Below, piece after piece: positions 24,966 through 31,118 of a stretch of 31,118 bases of DNA; positions within the stretch are counted from its first letter, which is position 1; every line of letters starts with the position of its first letter. The DNA is from an uncultured Acidobacteriota bacterium. Its GTDB lineage: Bacteria; Acidobacteriota; UBA6911; RPQK01; JAPXNP01. The notes under the pieces are model-generated. The model was given only the letters and a program-made list of their open reading frames with translations, did not search any database and was not told where the DNA came from. Made by a program: the position numbers and the translations under genes. The stretch spans positions 1 to 31,118 of the forward strand of contig CAZOGT010000002.1 in assembly GCA_964579015.1 (NCBI GenBank), in the 5' to 3' direction.

Positions 24966-26315
24966 CTATTTACCGACTAACTGCTCAGGCTGGAGGGTTG
25001 AATCAAGCACTCTCTGCCAGGTCTCCCCGGAGGGGTTCAGCTTCTTCCTGGTTTCGGTGGCCAACCTCATGGGTACATGGGTGAACATGTTGTTCCAGTG
25101 CCCTACCAGCATGTTGGTCCTGCCTGAAAGCGCGGCATGAACAGCGTGCTGCCCCAGCACGAGACAGAATCCGGAGTCAGCCGCGTTAGCGGGAAGGCTC
25201 CTGATTATGTAACTGGGATCAATATATTTAATCGTGAAAGCCCAGCTGTTTTTTTCCAGGTGATCCTGGATCTTTTCCTTTAGGAAGACGCCGATGTCCT
25301 TGAGCTTGAGGTTACCTGAAGCATCCGCCCCGGATTCCCCACCACTCTCCAGCAGGTTCTGGCCGGCTCCTTCCGCCACTACCACCACCGCATGATTAGC
25401 CCTGGCCAGTCTTTTTTCCAGGGCATCCAGGAACCCCCCTGTACCTTCGAGGGTGAAAGGCACTTCCGGTATCAGGCAAAAATCGACGTCAGCATTGGTC
25501 AGGGAGGCTTCCGCGGCTATAAAACCCGAATGTCTTCCCATCAGCTTGACCAGGCCGATTCCGTTCCAGGCGGAGCGGGCCTCACTGTGAGCTGCTCTCA
25601 ACACCATTTGGGCATCCTTGACCGCGGTTTCGAATCCAAAACTGCGGGATGTCCACATCAGGTCATTGTCAATAGTCTTGGGAACCCCCACGACGGCAAT
25701 CTTGAGGTGCCGTCTTTTAATTTCTTCATGGATCTCCTGGGCCCCGCGCAGGGTCCCGTCGCCCCCGATTGTGAAAAGAACGTCCACCTTCCATTCCACC
25801 AGGGTGTCGACCATCTCGTCAATGTCCTGGGGGCCCCGGGAGGTCCCGATCAGAGTCCCTCCCTGGTGATGCGCAGTTTCCAGTTTTTCCGGGGTAAGAA
25901 AGATCGGATTCTTCCTGGAATTCCTCGACAGTCCTTCATATCCGTAGCGAAAACCGAGAATACGATTTATCCCGTAGTCATTGGTCAGGGTGATTGTTAT
26001 TGACCTGATAACATCATTCAGCCCAGGGCAAAGGCCACCGCAGGTGACAATGGCGCAGCTGGTCTTTTCCGGATCAAAAAAAAGCTTTTCCCTGGGGCCG
26101 GCAAGCTCGAAATGAGGAATCTCCCGGCCGGCCCTTTTTAACTTCTCCGCCACCAGGGTTTCCGATGTCACCATCACTCCGTTTTCCGGCCCGACAAATA
26201 ATTTTTTCCGATCCTTCAAGGGGGATTCATATCCGGGAGGGCCGAGAACCTCTATCTCCAGGCCCTCCTGGTCGGGGACATTTTTCAACTCAGGGTTTTC
26301 CTGGTCTGTCTTCAT
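24966..26315 (-). CDS. pfkA: 6-phosphofructokinase, PfkA superfamily (probably ATP-dependent, clade X-like)
   Basis: TCGGLCPGLNDVIR, GGTLIGTSRG, GGDGT, PKTIDND, MGRHSGF, AEGAG and YIDPSYIIRS. AGAGGAG SD. Confidence 0.95.
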   Translation of the reverse strand: MKTDQENPELKNVPDQEGLEIEVLGPPGYESPLKDRKKLFVGPENGVMVTSETLVAEKLKRAGREIPHFELAGPREKLFFDPEKTSCAIVTCGGLCPGLNDVIRSITITLTNDYGINRILGFRYGYEGLSRNSRKNPIFLTPEKLETAHHQGGTLIGTSRGPQDIDEMVDTLVEWKVDVLFTIGGDGTLRGAQEIHEEIKRRHLKIAVVGVPKTIDNDLMWTSRSFGFETAVKDAQMVLRAAHSEARSAWNGIGLVKLMGRHSGFIAAEASLTNADVDFCLIPEVPFTLEGTGGFLDALEKRLARANHAVVVVAEGAGQNLLESGGESGADASGNLKLKDIGVFLKEKIQDHLEKNSWAFTIKYIDPSYIIRSLPANAADSGFCLVLGQHAVHAALSGRTNMLVGHWNNMFTHVPMRLATETRKKLNPSGETWQRVLDSTLQPEQLVGK

Positions 26316-26490
26316 TTGATTTTCTCCTCTTCACGATTATACCTGCTCCAGCTGCATGACTGGAAGCAACGCCTTCACCAGGGCCTGCCCGGGCTATGGA
26401 GAACGGGCTGAAGGTCTTGTTAAGGCCTGGATGAATATTGTAGACTCCTAATCTATATCAAGATCAGGCCAAATTCAGGGAATATTTCAT

Positions 26491-28560
26491 ATGCCGACTT
26501 CTGATACCTCACCGGGAGAATGCAGGAAACTCGGGGTCACGGTTACTCCCGAGGGGGTAAATTTCTGTGTTTTCTCCAAGAATGCCACCCGGGTGGACCT
26601 GCTGCTCTTTTCCGATCCGAATTCAAAACTGCCCAGCCGGGAGATCCCGCTTTCGCCGGTCGAAAACCGGACCTTCTACTACTGGCACATAATGGTGTGT
26701 GGACTCAAACCCGGACAGCTTTACGGCTTCCGTGTCCACGGTCCATGGCTGCCGAAAGAAGGGATGAGATTCAATCCGGCCAAGGTATTGCTCGATCCCT
26801 ATGCACGCGCTGTTGTGGGAAACGACATTTATGACCGGGAAGCAGCCTGCGGAAGAGAAGATAATTCCGATAGCTGTATGAAGAGCGTCATCGCACCCAT
26901 TGATGGATACGACTGGGAAGGGGATGCCCCCCTGCACCATCCGCTGGGTGAGACAATCATCTACGAAATGCACGTAGGTGGATTCACCCAACACGAAAAT
27001 TCCGGGGTATCCGATGAAAAAAAAGGTACTTACGCCGGACTGATCGAAAAAATCCCCTACCTGCAGAGCCTCGGCATCACCGCGGTGGAATTGCTTCCGG
27101 TGTACCAGTTCGACAGGTATGATGCCCCGGCCGGGCTTCCCAACTACTGGGGATATGCTCCCATATCATTTTTTGCCCCGCATCGCGAATACAGTTCCGA
27201 CAAATCCACCCTGGGGCCGATAAATGAATTCCGGGATATGGTCAAAGCCCTTCATCGGGCAGGGATCGAAGTGATCCTGGATGTGGTCTACAACCACACT
27301 GCTGAAGGCAGTGAGGACGGCCCGACCCTCTGCTGGAAGGGATTTGAGAATTCTACCTATTACATGCTCGAAAAAGACAAGTCTTTTTACAAGAATTACA
27401 GTGGGACCGGGAATACGGTAAACACCAACCATTCGATTGTGAGAAAAATGATTATCGACAGCCTTCACTACTGGGTGGAGGAAATGCATGTCGACGGCTT
27501 TCGGTTTGACCTGGCATCCGTCCTCTCCCGCGGGGAATCAGGAGAAATGCTGAAAAATCCTCCGATACTCTGGGATATAGAAAGCGACACTATCCTGGCA
27601 AAGACCAAGCTCATTGCTGAAGCCTGGGATGCAGGGGGACTTTACCAGGTCGGAAGTTTTGTCGGGGACCGCTGGCAGGAATGGAATGGAAAATTTCGTG
27701 ATGATGTGCGGAGATTCTTCCGAGGAGACCCGGGAACAACCAGGGATCTGGCCCCCCGGCTGATAGCGAGCCCCGACATCTACGGCCACGAAAAGAGGGA
27801 GCCGGAGCAGAGCATCAACTTCATTACCTGCCATGACGGGTTCACGGTCAATGACCTGGTTTCCTACAACCAGAAGCATAACCTTGAAAACCGTGAAAAC
27901 AATCGCGACGGCACCAGTGAAAACTACAGCTGGAACTGCGGGACCGAAGGACCTGCGGAGTCAATGGAAATCGAGTCCCTGAGAAACCGGCAGATCAAGA
28001 ATTTCCTGGCTGTCACCCTGCTCTCCCTGGGTACTCCGATGATCCTGATGGGTGATGAAGTACGCCGGACCCAGCGCGGAAACAACAACGCCTACTGCCA
28101 GGACAGCGAAATCAGCTGGTTTGACTGGAGCCTCCTTGACCGTCATTCCGACATCTTGAGATTCGTGAGGGAAGTAATTAAGCTTAGATATGACCTGGGC
28201 ATCACCTTCAACACCAGGAAATCGGAACTTAACCGGGTGCTGGCAAGGAACAGGCTGGAATGGCACGGCATCGGGGTTAATAAACCGGACTGGTCGGACA
28301 GCTCCCGCAGCCTCGCATTATCCATCCATAACAGGGCCAATAACAAGCTGATCTATGTAGCATTCAATGCCTATTGGAAACCCCTGAAATTCGAGCTGCT
28401 GCCGGTGGATTCTTCTGAGCCATGGAGAATGGTGCTGAATACCGTAAAGGAATCTCCCAATGATATCAGGCCATTCCAGGAGGCCCCTGAAATTACTGCA
28501 AAACACCTGACAGTCCAGCCCAGATCGGTTATCACCCTGGTGACAAGGTACGGGCCTTAG
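26491..28560 (+). CDS. glgX: Glycogen debranching enzyme (isoamylase, GH13_11)
   Basis: GVNFCVFS, LLDPYAR, IYEMHVGGFT, NYWGY, DVVYNHT, DGFRFDLAS, AEAWD, NFITCHDGFT and GNNNAYCQD. Confidence 0.97.
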   Translation: MPTSDTSPGECRKLGVTVTPEGVNFCVFSKNATRVDLLLFSDPNSKLPSREIPLSPVENRTFYYWHIMVCGLKPGQLYGFRVHGPWLPKEGMRFNPAKVLLDPYARAVVGNDIYDREAACGREDNSDSCMKSVIAPIDGYDWEGDAPLHHPLGETIIYEMHVGGFTQHENSGVSDEKKGTYAGLIEKIPYLQSLGITAVELLPVYQFDRYDAPAGLPNYWGYAPISFFAPHREYSSDKSTLGPINEFRDMVKALHRAGIEVILDVVYNHTAEGSEDGPTLCWKGFENSTYYMLEKDKSFYKNYSGTGNTVNTNHSIVRKMIIDSLHYWVEEMHVDGFRFDLASVLSRGESGEMLKNPPILWDIESDTILAKTKLIAEAWDAGGLYQVGSFVGDRWQEWNGKFRDDVRRFFRGDPGTTRDLAPRLIASPDIYGHEKREPEQSINFITCHDGFTVNDLVSYNQKHNLENRENNRDGTSENYSWNCGTEGPAESMEIESLRNRQIKNFLAVTLLSLGTPMILMGDEVRRTQRGNNNAYCQDSEISWFDWSLLDRHSDILRFVREVIKLRYDLGITFNTRKSELNRVLARNRLEWHGIGVNKPDWSDSSRSLALSIHNRANNKLIYVAFNAYWKPLKFELLPVDSSEPWRMVLNTVKESPNDIRPFQEAPEITAKHLTVQPRSVITLVTRYGP

Positions 28561-28598
28561 CCGCCTCGCTACGAAAACCGGTGAGAAATGCGTAGCGA
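28557..28598. repeat. Stem-loop containing a degenerate copy of the 22.5-kb MITE-like element
   Basis: Perfect 8-bp inverted repeat TCGCTACG (28566-28573) / CGTAGCGA (28591-28598). AAACCGGTGAGAAATGCG (28575-28592) is identical to 22525-22542. Starts at the glgX stop (TTAG). Confidence 0.7.
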
Positions 28599-28647
28599 CA
28601 GGATAAGCCCGAGGTATCGGGATAGAGGGGAATTGAAGATCAGGGCC

Positions 28648-28675
28648 ATGGACAGGCACGGACCAACACGGACAG
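28648..28675. repeat. 10-bp-period (A)xGGAC microrepeat
   Basis: atggacaggc acggaccaac acggacag; GGAC at 28650, 28660 and 28670. Confidence 0.5.
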
Positions 28676-28681
28676 GGCTGC

Positions 28682-29428
28682 TCAATCGAAAAGGTATCCG
28701 TTTTCCTTTCCTGCAAGTTCCCGGTTGATCTCATCAATATTGGGAATAAGCCGGTAGGTCTCAGGGCTGTTGAGCTGCGACACTTCGGGAGAGAGCATTT
28801 TTCTCAAGGCCTTGCGGTCGCAGTACAGGCCGCGGACAGGAAAACATTCCCGGGCTAAACTGGTCATGAAGGACTCCTTCTCCTGCATCGAGTCGCAATA
28901 AAAATCTTCCATCACTATCTCCCGGAAGCTGATTCCCCGGGAGAGGAGAAACTCGCGGTACCACTGGACCTCGGAACGGTACCAGTCGATATTCAACTTC
29001 AGGTTCTCGACATCAAGAGGTTTGAAATTGGTATTGAGAATCTTTTGGCGGTCCCGCCTCCACTCGCGGGCCTGGAAGGATATCTCATTTGAAACCGCCC
29101 TCTTCAGGGCGTTGCGCCTCCAAAGGAACAGAATATTCCGGAATCCGTACTCCAGGAGGCGGCAGTTGAGTTCCCGGGAAAGCTGGCAGTTGAGATGCTT
29201 GACCACATTGATCCCCCGGGAGTAGAGCTCATCCAGCACCCGGAAGAGGTCGTCCTCTCCAGCTATCTCCCTTCCGCGGGCATAGCCGTCCTTCTCGTTA
29301 AAAGGCTCCAGAATTACCTTCACTCTCCAGAACATTCCCAGCCCCTCGGCCAGGGTTGTCGATCCTGTGCGGGGAAAGGCAAACACCAGGACTCCGCTCT
29401 TGCTTGCTGCTCGTCTGAACATATTCAT
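28682..29428 (-). CDS. PAPS-dependent sulfotransferase (Stf0-like)
   Basis: 5'-PSB loop PRTGSTTL, EPFN, and 3'-PB motif LWRRNALKRAVS. Confidence 0.8.
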   Translation of the reverse strand: MNMFRRAASKSGVLVFAFPRTGSTTLAEGLGMFWRVKVILEPFNEKDGYARGREIAGEDDLFRVLDELYSRGINVVKHLNCQLSRELNCRLLEYGFRNILFLWRRNALKRAVSNEISFQAREWRRDRQKILNTNFKPLDVENLKLNIDWYRSEVQWYREFLLSRGISFREIVMEDFYCDSMQEKESFMTSLARECFPVRGLYCDRKALRKMLSPEVSQLNSPETYRLIPNIDEINRELAGKENGYLFD

Positions 29429-29506
29429 AGATGAATTCCAATTGCCCGGTCTTCAGCATTGTTATGCGGGACGGCAATGATCCAGAGATTCCCTGTAATC
29501 AGAGCA

Positions 29507-31118
29507 TTATTTCTCTGCTGCCATCAGGTCCGCATATTCCCACGGGCTGTAATCCGGGGAGGGCCACAGCCCTTCATCCGCCCCGATCACCAGGTAATGA
29601 TATAGGGGATTTATCCCTTTTTTTGCCACCCCCGGATTGGTATTCAGATACCATTTGGAATCAAAATAACGGTTCGGAGACCTGCCTTCATAACCTCCGT
29701 AACGGACAAAATGAAGCAACAGGTCTCCCTCGTATTCGGACAGGTCCTTGTAGGCCTCCCTGTAGAATTCCGGAGAAAACTGCCCGCTCTCCCGTATCTT
29801 CCTGATTGCCCTGGCCTCCCAAAAGTACCTTATGACCGGGAGCCTGGTAAAAACCTTGTATGCGGTTGGTGACTGGAAGCCCTGTCTGCCGAACCGGTTC
29901 CTCCTTAGAATCCTGCCCTCTGAAACCGCAGCCCGCCTTTCCATGTTAGTCAGGAGTTCATTGAGGTAAAAGGACACCTCCACCAGCCTTTTCCTGAGGC
30001 GCTCATTTTCCAGTTTTAAATCGGACAGCTCATCGGGCCTGTCGATTTTATCTGCGCCTGTCCCGGAAAGCCGTTTCTCAATCCCGAGCAATTCTTCCCT
30101 CGTATCTTCATCATTCATCTGAACTCTCCAAATCATGTTCCTGATTTCACCAAATCGCTTGCGGATAAACCTGCAAAGGATATCATCGCCCAAAGCGAAA
30201 ACAATATCTTGCCGGAGAGAGAAGTTTTTCTCCTCCCCTGAACTCTCCAGCATCCTGTCGGCATTCTCCAGAAGATAGGCCAGGTTCCGGCTGTCGTCCA
30301 CCAGCTGCGGTTCACCTGCCACCCTCATTTTTTCTTTCATCAGGCGGGCGGCCGCCTCCAGAATGTCCCTGTTGCAGGTTCCTTTACTGAGCATCCATAT
30401 CAGGTTGCCGATGTGGAAAGCCTTGAATTCTCTCCTGTATCGTTTCAGCCCGAAATGATCTATCCTGGATGAGGTGTCATCCCAAACTCTCCCGTACCTG
30501 TGAATCCGCTCAAGGCTCTGGGGGGAATTGATAATGCTTCCCGGCCTGATTCGATAGGTCAATACTATTTCCTTCAGGTATACTACCTTCTCCGCAAATT
30601 TATACAGAAAAGGGGTAAGGGAAAGGTCTTCGTGCTCCCCCGGACAAAAAGTCAGCCCGGAACGGCGGTAGAGATCTGCGTCTATCAGGATTCCCCAGGG
30701 ACGTACCGGTAAAAACGTCCCGTTGATGCCCAGCCATCTCCTGACCGCCTCATCCCCATCGATCACCCCAAAAGCAGCGGCCTCTCCAAAATCCATGTTC
30801 CGGTCATGGTCTGAAATGGTCCCTTCAAAATCAAGCTGCTCACAGCTCCCGATCACTACGCCGACATGGTCCCTTTCCGCGGTTTCCAGGAGCAGCTTCA
30901 GGGCCCCGGCTTTCAGGAAATCATCAGAATCAAGAAAGAAAATGTACTCTCCCCTGGAATGGCTCACCCCGGTATTCCTCCCGGGGCCGGTTCCCTGGTT
31001 GGTCTCGTGAGAAATAATCCTTATCCTGGAATCATTTTTTCGCAGGTCCTCCGCAATACTGGGAGAGCGGTCAGTGGAAGCATCATTCACCAATACAAGT
31101 TCAAGGTTGCCGTAGTCC
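29507..31118 (-). CDS. GT2 glycosyltransferase with coiled-coil and C-terminal FDxxWY/NPLxHY repeat module; partial, start outside the window
   Basis: The frame is open to the window end (DYGNLELVLVNDASTD). NQGTGPGRN, FLDSDD (DxD) and EHED motifs. C-terminal FSPEFYREAY..LLHFVRYGGYEGRSP / FDSKWYL..NPLYHYL..GADEG. Confidence 0.92.
   Translation of the reverse strand, partial: DYGNLELVLVNDASTDRSPSIAEDLRKNDSRIRIISHETNQGTGPGRNTGVSHSRGEYIFFLDSDDFLKAGALKLLLETAERDHVGVVIGSCEQLDFEGTISDHDRNMDFGEAAAFGVIDGDEAVRRWLGINGTFLPVRPWGILIDADLYRRSGLTFCPGEHEDLSLTPFLYKFAEKVVYLKEIVLTYRIRPGSIINSPQSLERIHRYGRVWDDTSSRIDHFGLKRYRREFKAFHIGNLIWMLSKGTCNRDILEAAARLMKEKMRVAGEPQLVDDSRNLAYLLENADRMLESSGEEKNFSLRQDIVFALGDDILCRFIRKRFGEIRNMIWRVQMNDEDTREELLGIEKRLSGTGADKIDRPDELSDLKLENERLRKRLVEVSFYLNELLTNMERRAAVSEGRILRRNRFGRQGFQSPTAYKVFTRLPVIRYFWEARAIRKIRESGQFSPEFYREAYKDLSEYEGDLLLHFVRYGGYEGRSPNRYFDSKWYLNTNPGVAKKGINPLYHYLVIGADEGLWPSPDYSPWEYADLMAAEK

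Overview
A gene-dense, GC-rich bacterial (diderm, probably anaerobic) chromosomal window of mixed housekeeping and accessory genes, mostly on the minus strand. In order: a secreted plant-type LRR/FN3 protein (3' end outside the window); a FecBCDE/BtuFCD-like metal ABC transporter; an SGNH esterase fused to a BNR (sialidase-like) propeller; a GH36 alpha-galactosidase; a U32-family protein; a sulfatase with HEAT-like repeats; a HAL2-type PAP phosphatase; a MATE exporter; a radical SAM/SPASM enzyme; an orphan PAS-PAS histidine kinase; a pentapeptide-repeat protein; a HAMP-SpoIIE (RsbU-like) phosphatase; a DUF481-like beta-barrel; an octaheme cytochrome c-HEAT-TPR lipoprotein; pfkA; glgX; a Stf0-like sulfotransferase; and a GT2 glycosyltransferase (5' end outside the window). 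I found no rRNA, tRNA, CRISPR array or transposase. The most unusual signals are non-coding. (1) A 19-bp core, TGGTGACTGTCCCCTGTAG, is amplified as tandem triplets at two intergenic loci 12.3 kb apart with different linkers, and has a REP-like GTAG + palindrome structure. (2) A ~60-bp MITE-like inverted-repeat element and a degenerate second copy both sit at TAG stop codons. (3) Three short 9-10-bp-period GTCC/GGAC tracts lie just after gene ends. All protein calls come from motif recognition only; no database searches were run.
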